A stretch of DNA of 63,335 nt, the filler included, from Pirum gemmata (Eukaryota): NCBI GenBank assembly GCA_002812295.1. It is 19 parts of 19 records of this genome, joined end to end, with 100 filler letters (N's around TTAATTAATTAA, not from the genome) between each part and the next. Parts side by side here need not be neighbours in the genome. Positions count along the whole stretch, not along the records: positions 8,492 to 11,531 come from PDIN01003628.1; positions 11,632 to 14,673 come from PDIN01003629.1; positions 14,774 to 17,681 come from PDIN01003630.1; positions 17,782 to 20,857 come from PDIN01003631.1; positions 20,958 to 24,789 come from PDIN01003632.1; 14 more parts are not named here. The stretch is one strand, 5' to 3'. Positions 10,640 through 21,907 of this stretch are shown one piece after another. The stretch's first letter is position 1. Each line of letters begins with the position of its first letter. The notes under the pieces are model-generated. The model saw only the letters and a program-made list of their open reading frames with translations. It made no database searches and had not been told where the DNA came from. Both the position numbers and the translations under genes were made by a program.

Positions 10640-11513
10640 ATGGCTGCTGAAAGTATGGATGTGGACTCTAGCAGTCCTGTTACTAATGTAAAAGAAAAAA
10701 TGGTTCTTACAGCAGACGAACAAACTGAACTGGAACGACTTGCTGCCATTGCTTCATCTATCGATCAGTCTACTGGTGAACCTAAAACAACAACTACACA
10801 AAATAGTCAAATAGAGAAGGTATCTATCTGGTTGTATATTTGAAATTTAGCTGTAAATAAGACACTATCACTACTATTACCACTACCACGACTACCACTA
10901 CAACCACCCTCACTACTACTACTACTATTACTACTACTACTATTACTACTAGTAGTACTTACCACTACTCCTGCGGTTACACTTACACTTACGCCTCCCG
11001 TTACTGTTACCAATTTTTCTAATCCTACTACCCCTAATTCTACCCCCTCAATAGCCCTACTCCTGCTATCACTGTCACTTGCTACATCTACTACTGTTTA
11101 TTCTCATTCCTATTATTGTCACTATTGTTATTGTTATTATTGCTATTGTTGTTGTTGTTGTTGTTGTTATTGTTATTGCTGTTATTGTTATTGTTATTGT
11201 TGTTGTTGTTGTTGTTGTTACCATATTTCTAATAGTTTGTGCTATTTTTACTGTAAAGTCGTCATCAGATATGGCTTTCATCCGAAACAACAATAATATC
11301 ATTTATTATTATTATTATTATTGTTGTTGTTGTTATTATGTTTATTTTGTTCTTTCTCTTTATACATATTTAAATTTAACTTTATAAATATAGGCAATCT
11401 ATTCATTGTGTCAATTTTACTCGGAAAATAATGAAGCTTCAAAATTAGAAAATCTCATTAAATCTACTAGGCCTTTCCTTGCACGAATTTCTAAAGCAAA
11501 GGCAGGAAAATTG
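10640..11513 (+). CDS. RPN6: 26S proteasome lid subunit RPN6/PSMD11, first two exons (10640-10819, 11394-11513)
   Basis: Phase-0 GT-AG intron. Exon 2 encodes AIYSLCQFYSENNEASKLENLIKSTRPFLARISKAKAGKL, containing the RPFL..ISKAKA.(K/R)L signature of Rpn6. Confidence 0.88.
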
Positions 11514-11631
11514 GTATTATTATTATTATTANNNNNNNNNNNNNNNNNNNNNNNNNNNNNNNNNNNNNNNNNNNNTTAATTAATTAANNNNNNNNNNNNN
11601 NNNNNNNNNNNNNNNNNNNNNNNNNNNNNNN

Positions 11632-11665
<34 letters not shown>

Positions 11666-11769
11666 TCGATGAATTGAAAACTCGTTTTATTGAAAACTTG
11701 TTTATTCGAAAGTTCGATTAATCGAAAAACTCGAAAAAAAGAAATTTTGTTTCTATTTTTTATTTTTTT

Positions 11770-12525
11770 ATTTTTTAAAACTTTACCTCCAAATGTGGGC
11801 CAGGCAAATGAGTTTTAGCGAAATTTTCCAAACTTAAAAAAAAAAGGCGCAAACGCAAGAAACTCCCTTACAAATTGGTATCCACAGAATCTATATAACA
11901 AACTAACCCTACTCTACTAATACAATAATAGTTAATTATGATTACAATTAACAATAAAGGGTAATTAAAAGTGAGTACTCGAGGTTGTTTGCAAAAAAAA
12001 TAGTTGCCTAGGTTCCCCCCTAACTATATAGTGGTTAACCTGAGTCTATCAATCAAAAACGGACAAAGTCTACTAGGAAACTGGGAAAGAGCCCGTGACG
12101 TCACGTTTTTAGAATTTTTTCTCCATTCAAATTAAGATTCAAATTCAAAGATCCCAGAAAAAAAAAAGCTAAAAAATGAGGAGAAAATATGAAATTTAAT
12201 AAAAAAATTTTTTTGCTATTTGTAGAATCCACATTACCTTTTGCCGACAAACCATTTCTCTCCCCACATAAATTAACTTCATAACCTTTTCGTACTGACC
12301 TTTCGTAATGATGATTACTTTGATGATTACTTATAGAAAATGAACCACTTGTCCTTTTTGAATAATTCTTTCACCAATTATGTTCGCTATGTTAATTTAT
12401 GATGTTTATTTTAATCTCATTAATGGTCAATTAATCCGCGGCTTTTGAGCGACAAAAATTTTGCATTTATTCACGTAAAACGCCTGTTCCACATTTGAAA
12501 GGGAAGTTTTTTTTTAAAAAATTAA
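11770..12525. mobile_element. Degenerate ~750-bp inverted-repeat element
   Basis: TTTAAAACTTTACCTCCAAATGTGGGCCAGGC (~11775) is imperfectly mirrored by GCCTGTTCCACATTTGAAAGGGAAGTTTTTTTTTAAA (~12482); no ORF. Confidence 0.4.
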
Positions 12526-12541
12526 AAAATTAAAAAAAAGG

Positions 12542-12597
<56 letters not shown>

Positions 12598-14047
12598 ATT
12601 TGGGTTATTTCACCCAACTTTTTTACCTAAAGTAATGTTTCCAAATATTTCCTAATTAAGTTAAATTACTTCCTAATTAAGCGTTTAACTGTTTTCACCT
12701 AAAATGTAATATTTCTGGGGGTGGGTAAATATAGTAAATATGGTATCATAGAAAAAAAAAAATAACTATGATTGAAGCAAAAAAACTCGAAAAAAAATGT
12801 TGCAATAACAAGTTTAATAATTAAAAGTAACGTTCGAAATTTTCGAACTTTGTATTCCCCAGCAATAGGGCCGTCAACCTACCAAATAAAAAAAATAGTT
12901 ATAAAACTACCCAAATAATAATAATAGTAATAATAAATAAATAAAACTCAAAAAAAAAAAAAAAAAATCGAATAATTAATTTAATAATTAAAAGAAATGT
13001 TCGAAATTTATTTATTTTTTCGAACGGGTTTCTAATGATTGTTCGGTGGAGTTGGTGGACGTGTTTAATTGACCAAAAAACTAAAAACGTCATAATGATA
13101 TTTATTAAATATAGTAGAGCAATTAGTAATTATATCAAATTAATTAAATTGTAGCCCTTTAAGGGTTGTTTATTATTTTTCGAATTATTATCATAATAAT
13201 GTGATAATTATTTAATATTTTTAATTATTATCGTCGATTTAATTGTCAAAAACTAAATAAAAACGAAGATTTTTCTTTAGTATTATCATAATTGTATATT
13301 ATGATATTTATTTAATATTATATTATCATTATTATCGTGGATTTAATTGATAATTGGGTAACTATTAATTGACATTTAGTTTGAGTAATTAGTAACTATT
13401 ATATCATAATTAATTAAATTGTAGCCCTTTAATTAATAAATTGGTAGGTTATTTATTATTTTTTGAAGGACAACAACAGCGTGTTCGGTTTGTAGACTTT
13501 CACCTTTTTCATATAGACCTATATCTGCGGAGAGAGAGGGATTTGACAAAAATATTACGCAAAAATGACGTATTTTTACTATTTTTTTTTTATAATTTTT
13601 TAGTAAGCCTCGAAACTCGAGTCGAAAGCATTTCCAAAAATAAAATTCAGATATTTTTTGACAGAGGTCTTAATGGGATTGGAGATTGTAAAAATTGTAA
13701 AAATTATTATTATTATTATATACTACCACTACTACTATTACTACTACTACTATTACCACCACCACCACCACCACCAACACTACTACTACTACTACTACTA
13801 CTATTACTACTACTACTGCATTTAACTAGGCATTTTGTTTATATACTTGGTAATTTTTAAAAAAATCACCGAATCACCGAGTTAATAACCGAAAAGATAT
13901 ACTAAATAAACTTTGTGACCACCCCAAACTCTCTCTCTCTCTCTCTCTAGCTAGATATTATATTGAATGCTATTGAAATTTTCTTGAAATTTTTCGCACG
14001 AGTTTGCGAATTTTTTCTCGATTTTTTTACGTTTTCGAACATTTCGC

Positions 14048-14108
<61 letters not shown>

Positions 14109-15191
14109 AGTGCAGCTACTATGAGGTACCCACCGTAGACTATTTAGTTTTTTTAAAGATATAACTAAAGAAAAGGGTACATAACCCCAAGGGTACATAA
14201 CCCCACGGAGATGCGGGAAAAACCATCGAATCGAGACTAGTTCGAAAAAATTCTAAAAAAATTTCATAGAAAAAACTTGAAATTTGAAAAAAAAGATTAT
14301 CAGAGCTATTTGATTCGATTATGTTTTTCCGTATCTCCCCCTCCCACACCTGCAACAAACCAATCGCAATCTAGGATGAAAACAGCGAATATTTGCTTTC
14401 AAACGTGGGATGCCATTTACAACATTCAAATGATGTACACCTATATTAGTTTTTATTTTTTTGTGTTAGAGGGGTCTAGTTCGGTTTTCTCCATTTTGAG
14501 AGTAGTTTTATTATTATTTTCGCATCTGTAATAGGAAATTGTCGCCTTATTTCACTCAAAGCTTCTATAAACGATGAAGTCTAAAAATAAATAAAATAGA
14601 ATAAAAGTATACATTTTAATAATAATTATAATGTTATGATAATAACAGTAACAGTAATAATAATAATAATAATNNNNNNNNNNNNNNNNNNNNNNNNNNN
14701 NNNNNNNNNNNNNNNNNTTAATTAATTAANNNNNNNNNNNNNNNNNNNNNNNNNNNNNNNNNNNNNNNNNNNNTAGTACCAAATTAATACAATATAAACC
14801 CATTTCATTTAATTTGGTAAATTTTAGTATTTATTTATTCATTCAAAAAATGCCAATTCAAAGGTTAAAACCTACCAAATAAATATTGAGAGTAACAAAA
14901 TAAGTGAAAAGCACAATAATTATTTCCAAAGAAGTTTTGAATAGGTTGTAATATTTAGTAGTGCATATATGGATTTTTGTGAAAAAAAATTATTTTAACC
15001 ATATAAAAGTTGGATGTTTTCAGTCTTTTTGCGCCAGATGCAGGCGAAAGAAAAATAATTTGCGCCATTGTCTTAAAAATTTTGGCGCCAAGTACAAAGG
15101 AATTTATATATATCAATATGTACCGGTAGACCTAGCTATCGATAGCTAGTAGCTACTATCAATAGACTATCATATCAATAGCTAGCTAGCT

Positions 15192-15277
15192 AACCCTCTA
15201 ACCCTAACTAACTCTAACACTCCCTAACCCTAACCCTAACCCTAACCCTAACCCTAACCCTAACTCTAACCCTAACC

Positions 15278-15318
<41 letters not shown>

Positions 15319-15388
15319 CCCTAACCCTAACCTTAAACCCTAACCCTAACCCCAACCCTAACCCTAACCCTAACCCTAATCCTAACCC
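15192..15388. repeat. Interstitial telomeric array (CCCTAA)n
   Basis: Tandem CCCTAA. Other arrays at ~24890-24945, 28637-28740, 35776-35850, 55650-55930, 57712-57870, 60000-60192, 60653-60757. Confidence 0.95.
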
Positions 15389-15726
15389 TTTTACACTTTT
15401 TTCAACTACAATCCATAATAAGTTCGGAAGTCTAATTTTTTTTTGGTTCTTCTTCTATCTATCTATTAATAAAATAAAAACATGAATCACAACAATAATT
15501 CAAGTTCTTTTCTCAATGCTCGCAGTAGATCACGACGAAAATCGTCTTCATCATCTCGAAGAAAAAGAAATCCACGCTCATCGCCACCACGAAGAAGAAG
15601 ACCACCACCACCTCAAAGAAGAAGACCACCACCACCACAAGGAAGAAGAAGACCACCATATATATATATATATGAAACTGTTGAACGGTGGTATACCCAC
15701 GTAGTGTTTGAATATTATTTTCGTTG

Positions 15727-16050
15727 GGGTTAGGGTAGGGTTAGGGTTAGGGTTAAGGTTAGGGTTAGGGTTAAGATTAGGGTTAAGGTTACAATTAGCT
15801 ATAAAATATATAGGGTTAGGATTAGGGTTATGGGAGTTAGGGTTAGGGTTAGAGTTAGGGTTAGAGTTAGGGTTAGGGTTAGGGTTAGGGTTAGGGTTAG
15901 GGTTAGAGTTAGGGTTAGAGTTAGGGTTAGAGTTAGGGTTAGAGTTAGGGTTAGGGTTAGAGTAAGGGATAGGGATAGGGTTAGGGTTAGGGTTAGGGTT
16001 AGGGTTAAGGTTAGGGTTAGGGTTAGGGTTAGGTCTAGTGATGGGGTTAA
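15727..16050. repeat. Interstitial telomeric array (TTAGGG)n with TTAGAG variants
   Basis: Tandem TTAGGG. Other arrays at 37511-37560, 39718-39746, 55104-55137, 61183-61800. Confidence 0.95.
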
Positions 16051-16612
16051 AAAATAATTGGTGTGAAAATTTTCTATCAAATATATATTTTTTATATGTT
16101 CGATTTTTTTTACTAAATAATATATAGTATATCGATACATACAGGATAGATACATGCCACTAGTGAAATTAGATGTAGCAGCAACAAAAAAATGATAATT
16201 GTTGGTATATGAATAATAATAATAATAATAATAATAATATACTTGTGAATAAACAGCTATTTAAAAAATTTAAATAATAATTATACTAATAATAAGGTTA
16301 ACTTTTATTATCATATTATAATTTTATAATATTATTATTATTATAATTTTAGTAATAATTATCATTATAATTTTATTATTATTATTGTGGTATTAATAAT
16401 TAAATACTTACAATCAAGGCAATCAACTTTTTAATTTAATTAATTTAATATAATATTGTGAATTTATTTGTTTAATTTTTCAAAAAACAGCGACAGCTTA
16501 TAATATAAGGTATAATGCATATTAATATTATTATTATTATTATTATTATTTTATTATTAATTAATAAAAACAAAAAAAAAAAACAATTATTATAAGTTTT
16601 AATTAATTATAA

Positions 16613-17614
16613 TTAATTTGATAATAATGTAGATTTGTTTAATTCTTCAAAAACAGTGGCAGCCATTTGTTGTGCACCTGCCAACACCGGATGACACTGA
16701 TCACACAACCCTTCATCACAAAAAAAGCGACAATGAGGAGGATTGTTAGGATTTCTAATATCACATTTGCTTGTATAAAAACGTTTTTCCCATCCTAATC
16801 CTCCACCAAGAGCACCAGTCACATCAATAACATTCACATTATTTGCTTCTGCGATTATTTTAGTTAATCCTGGGAACACATCATTAATAATGTGTTGGTT
16901 CATTCCCCAAGCACCCAATTCAGTCAAAGGAGGTGGCACGTTGATATAAATTTCAGGACTTTTTCCATTTTTCCCTGTTTTCTTTGCTACATTGATTAAC
17001 ATCTGATAATCATCCATAAATTTCTGTTTTGTGAATGTAAATTTGGCATCGTTAGTTCCGAATTGCATCACAACCATATCCCACTTTTTATTAGTAAATT
17101 CAAAAAATTTGCCGGTATCCCAGTAAGGTAGATGACTTGGAATTTGTGATAAAGCACGACCAGATTCACCTAGGTTGCTTACTTTAATCTGTTTCCCAGG
17201 AAAATTTCTTTGTAACATAACTTCCAATTGCCTGGGGTATGAATTCTGTGCCATATTATTTAGACCGAAACCTTGGGTAATACTATCACCAATACAAGCA
17301 ATTTCTATTATTTTATTACCAAAGTTTTGGTTAGGGTGTTCATGTTGTATTATTGGTATTGCTTGTCTTATTGTTGTTGGTTCATCATAATATAGTTGTT
17401 GTGGTGGTTGTGGTTGTATTAGGTTCATAGCTGTATCCCAATCCTTCCATTCATTGTTAATTATTAAACCTGGGCGACCAGAAACGGTACCGTAAGTAAA
17501 CCCAAGTTCTCTGGCCTTTGCCATCCTTGCACTAGTGTTATCGTCTGAGGGCATGGCATATACTACAGCGACAGCTGTAATTGCTGCTACCACCAAAGCG
17601 GTTGCAATTTTCAT
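16613..17614 (-). CDS. Secreted SGNH/GDSL hydrolase (acetylesterase/lipase-like)
   Basis: Intronless 333-aa ORF with signal peptide and SGNH blocks I (IACIGDSITQG), II (NLGESG), III (QFGTNDA) and V (DQCHP). Confidence 0.9.
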   Translation of the reverse strand: MKIATALVVAAITAVAVVYAMPSDDNTSARMAKARELGFTYGTVSGRPGLIINNEWKDWDTAMNLIQPQPPQQLYYDEPTTIRQAIPIIQHEHPNQNFGNKIIEIACIGDSITQGFGLNNMAQNSYPRQLEVMLQRNFPGKQIKVSNLGESGRALSQIPSHLPYWDTGKFFEFTNKKWDMVVMQFGTNDAKFTFTKQKFMDDYQMLINVAKKTGKNGKSPEIYINVPPPLTELGAWGMNQHIINDVFPGLTKIIAEANNVNVIDVTGALGGGLGWEKRFYTSKCDIRNPNNPPHCRFFCDEGLCDQCHPVLAGAQQMAATVFEELNKSTLLSN

Positions 17615-17645
17615 TTTTCCGTAGTTATTAGTAATTGTAATAAAA

Positions 17646-17681
<36 letters not shown>

Positions 17682-19712
17682 NNNNNNNNNNNNNNNNNNN
17701 NNNNNNNNNNNNNNNNNNNNNNNNNTTAATTAATTAANNNNNNNNNNNNNNNNNNNNNNNNNNNNNNNNNNNNNNNNNNNNTTATTATTATTATTATTAT
17801 TATCAAAATTATCACTCTTAATATTTTTAGCGCTTTGGCATCATCATCATTGTCATTTTTATCATCGCTGTTATCATCATCAGCATTATGATAATTATGA
17901 TCATGATCATTATCATTATGGACATCATCATCAGCATTATGATAATTATGATCATGATCATTATCATTATGGTCATCATCATCATCATCATCATCAAATC
18001 ATCATCATCATCGTCATCATCATCATCATCATCATCATCATGATAATCATTATAATCATCAGCATCAACATCATCTTCATTGTTATATTATTTTACAATC
18101 AATGTATTACTTTCGTACCATATTGTTGACCAATTATAGTATAATTTCCTCTCACTAATAATGAAATGACAAGGAATGTTTATAAACGCAAGAAACCTAA
18201 TATGTTTTTGAATTTTACTGTAGGGAATGGAAAATAAGAGAAGCCAAAGAGCATAGAATGGAACGAATGAAAAAAAGAAATCCAAGCAGCGTTGAAACTG
18301 AAATTATCAAAAGCAAAAAAAATAAAAAAGTAATTTTTAGAACACCGTTGGTAATATAGAACGTAGAATATTAAATGCAAAAAATGCGAAAAATGCAAAA
18401 AATACAAAACTTATTTTTGATTTATTGTATAGTGCTTTTCAGTTGTTTTATCGTCATAAATTGTACTTTAAAAGAGTACCAAATCAAGCAAAAAAATAAA
18501 AAGGTAAATTTTAGAACACTGTTGATAATATAGAACGTAGTAGAATATTAAATGCAAAAAATGCAAAAAATTGCAAAAAAATTGCAAAAAAATTGCAAAA
18601 AAATGCAAAAAAATGCAAAAAATGCAAAACTTATTTTTGATTTCTTGTATAGTGCTTTTCAGTTGTTTTGTCGTCATAAAATGTACTTTAAAGAGTACCA
18701 AATCAATGACAATACAATACAAATTTATTTTATTTTATTTTACTTGTTTTTCTATTTCTTGTTCATAATGAAAAAAAGCTAACTATAAAAGTTATCATAT
18801 AAGCTGGCAAATAAATAATGAGTGAGAACATAAATGAAAATCACTATACTATTAGTGTTGCCAATAAATAATATTGCACTTTATTATCATTGTTTGATAT
18901 TTTGCATTGGCTTACTATAGTTTTTATTCTATAATTCTTGGTTAATCCCATTAGTTTGGTATTTGAAAACTATCATTCTTGATTAATCCTTTGGTATTTA
19001 AAACTTAAAAGAGTGTTCGTCCAGAGCTATTGATAAGATTAATGCAGTTTCCATAACAATTATTCGCTACAATACATTATAAACGGACTAAAAAAAAATA
19101 AGTTTAAAAATAAAATAAAAACACATTCAAAACTCAACAACAATAAAATATATCAAACATATTAAAAAAAGGATGTTCGAAAATTTTCAATCATTCAACT
19201 AACCTCAAACACACACCGCCACCACCAAACATACTACTAATTATTCACTACTAATTAATACTTTGTTTTTTATATATAAAAAAATTCACCTGTCCTTTTA
19301 AAAAGATAATGCCCTAAATTCGACAATAAAAAAATTATCAAACATATCAAAAGAAGGGTGTTCGAAAATTTTCAATCACTTAACTTGGTTTCTTGTGCCT
19401 CAGCCCCAACCCACCACCACCACCACACCGCCACCAAAGGTCATTCGATACTCATTAATCCTTATTATTATTTTTAATTAACCCCTGTGCCCCCCTTTTA
19501 AATGTGCCCCCTTTTTAAAAAACAACGTCTTTTAAAAACTCACTCGATAATTCGCCTGATTCGACAATAACAAAAAATATCAAACATATCACAAGGGTTT
19601 TCAAAAATTTTCAATCATGTAAATTTGCTTTTGCGTCCCCATTGATCCATAGTTTTTTTTTTTAGTTATTATTCTACCTCCTACTTTTTTTATTTAAACA
19701 TAATGTAACAAG

Positions 19713-20705
19713 TCTTTAGTTTCCCTGTTTCCCACAATTCAAAAGCTCCCCAATGAAGTTTTGAATGGAGCGTAGCCCATAGAATTTCATCCCAGTTATA
19801 AGAATGTACAGAAGACGATGAACGTGTGATGGGTAAAATATTTTTAGTTTCCCTATTTCCCACAATTAAAAAGCAGCCCAATGAAGTTTCGAACAGAGGG
19901 TGGTCCATAGAATTTCATCCCAATTATAAGAATATACAGAAGATGATGAACATGTGATGGGTAAAATATTTTTAGTTTCCCAATTTCCCACAATTAAAAA
20001 GCACCCCAAAGGTGAATGAAGTTTTGAACGGAGTGTGGCCCATGGAATTTCATCCCAATTAAAGAATATACACGACGAACACATGATAGATAAAATATTT
20101 TTAGTTCCCTGTTTCTCACAATTAAAAAGCACCCTAATGAAGTTTTAAATGGAGCGCGGCCCATGGAATTTCATCCCAATTATAAGAATATACAGAAGAT
20201 GATGAACACGTGATGGGTAAAATATTTTTAGCTTCCCTGTTTCCCACAATTAAAAAGCACCCCAAAGGTGGATGAAGTTTTGAACTAGTTTTGAACGGAG
20301 CGTGGCCCATGGAATTTCATCCCAATTATAATATACAGAAGACGATGAACATGTGATAGGAAAAATATTTTTAGTTTCCCTGTTTCCCACAATTAAAAAG
20401 CACCTAATGAAGTTTTGAACGGAGCGTGGCCCACGGAATTTCATCTGAATTATAGGAATATACAGAAGATGAAGATGAACACGTGATGGGTAAAATATTT
20501 TTAGTTTCCCAGTTTCCCACAATTAAAAAACACGATGAAGTTTTAAATGAAGCGTGGCCCATGTATTCATCCCAATTATAAGAATATATAAAAGACGATG
20601 AACACGTGATAAAATATTTTTAGTTTCCCTGTTTCCCACAATTAAAAAGCACCCAATGAAGTTTTGAACGGAGTGTGACTCCTGGAATTTCATCCCAATT
20701 ATAAG
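19713..20705. repeat. Tandem satellite, ~120-bp unit, ~8 copies
   Basis: Recurring TTTTAGTTTCCCTGTTTCCCACAATTAAAAAGCAC...GAAGTTTTGAACGGAGCGTGGCCCATGGAATTTCATCCCAATTATAAG. Confidence 0.93.
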
Positions 20706-21203
20706 AGCGTACAAAACTAGAGGATCGTACAAAAACAATAATATTCACTGACAGAGTTTCTTCCGTTGGACTAAGATTAAAAGTCACCGAAACAGCGCCA
20801 TTTTGAACCTTTTTAAGAATATGAGGTGAGAGATTATTATTATTATTATTATTATTANNNNNNNNNNNNNNNNNNNNNNNNNNNNNNNNNNNNNNNNNNN
20901 NTTAATTAATTAANNNNNNNNNNNNNNNNNNNNNNNNNNNNNNNNNNNNNNNNNNNNACCACCCCAACACTAACAATAGCAACCACCACTACCCCTACCA
21001 CCACCACCAACTGAACAATAATCTGACAACAACCTGACAACAACAACACCACCACCCCAGTAACGAAATAAGCATGGGTACAAGTGTACGCTTTATATTT
21101 TATGATCTGTAATAATAATAATAATAATAATAATTAGTAATAACTAATAATTTTATCACCACCCCCATAATTTAGTTGTTTCTGAAAAAATATTAAAATA
21201 AGC

Positions 21204-21525
21204 ATGGGATTGGATCACAACAAAATTTTCACCCTAGAGTCAGGGTTGGAAGATTTTGTCTTCCCTCACGAAGATCTAGAAATGCCAGGAGTTAAAAGTA
21301 AAGAAGTAGAGCAATTTAGAGTGTATGAGGAAAACGAAAATAATTTAGTTTACCAAACTTATTATGAAATAAACACTAAGCAAACTGTTGATTTTGTCAG
21401 ATCACAACATGAAAAATGGAATAAACTGGATCATGGAAAGTTTACAATGTGGGAAGTGTTAGACATTCTGACCGGGATATGTGATGAAAGTGATCCTGAT
21501 ACAGCAAGAGCCCAGCAGTTTCATG
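21204..21525 (+). CDS. MIOX: Myo-inositol oxygenase, N-terminal exon
   Basis: FRVYEE...YQTYYEINTKQTVDFVRSQHEKW...MWEVLDILTGICDESDPDT...QFH matches the MIOX motifs QTVDFV and DESDPD; GT donor at 21526. Confidence 0.85.
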
Positions 21526-21790
21526 GTATATTAGTAACAACGATGATAAATTTAAAATCATCACTACCATCACCACAGCCAACAATTATAACAACAACCC
21601 CGCCACCACCAACCACTACCACCCCAACACTAACAATAGCAACCACCACNNNNNNNNNNNNNNNNNNNNNNNNNNNNNNNNNNNNNNNNNNNNNNNNNNN
21701 NNNNNNNNNNNNNNNNNNNNNNNNNNNNNNNNNNNNNNNNNNNNNNNNNNNNNNNNNNNNNNNNNNNNNNNNNNNNNNNNNNTTAAATAG

Positions 21791-21907
21791 GTAGCCGATA
21801 AATCAAAAGCTATAACTGATTGTGGAATGGATGATTTTTTGACTAAACCATTCAATATAGCAACTCTGAAGTTAGAATTAGCGAAAATAAAAAAAAAAAT
21901 CGCTTGA
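21791..21907 (+). CDS. Terminal exon encoding the C-terminus of a response-regulator receiver domain (hybrid histidine kinase type)
   Basis: After a TAG acceptor: VADKSKAITDCGMDDFLTKPFNIATLKLELAKIKKKIA*. GMDDFLTKP is the conserved REC beta5 Lys-Pro motif. Confidence 0.78.
   Translation, partial: VADKSKAITDCGMDDFLTKPFNIATLKLELAKIKKKIA

Noticed and set aside
19713..20705. CRISPR-like array (also 36280-37410, 46540-47315, 52330-52406)
   Set aside because: Whole units repeat with no unique spacers, there are no cas genes, and the context is eukaryotic; these are satellites.
20755..20826. Isolated AG...GT-bounded candidate exons (also ~44659-44722 +, ~44017-44102 -, ~18118-18297 -)
   Set aside because: Plausible splice signals, but the peptides are too short and unrecognisable to call.
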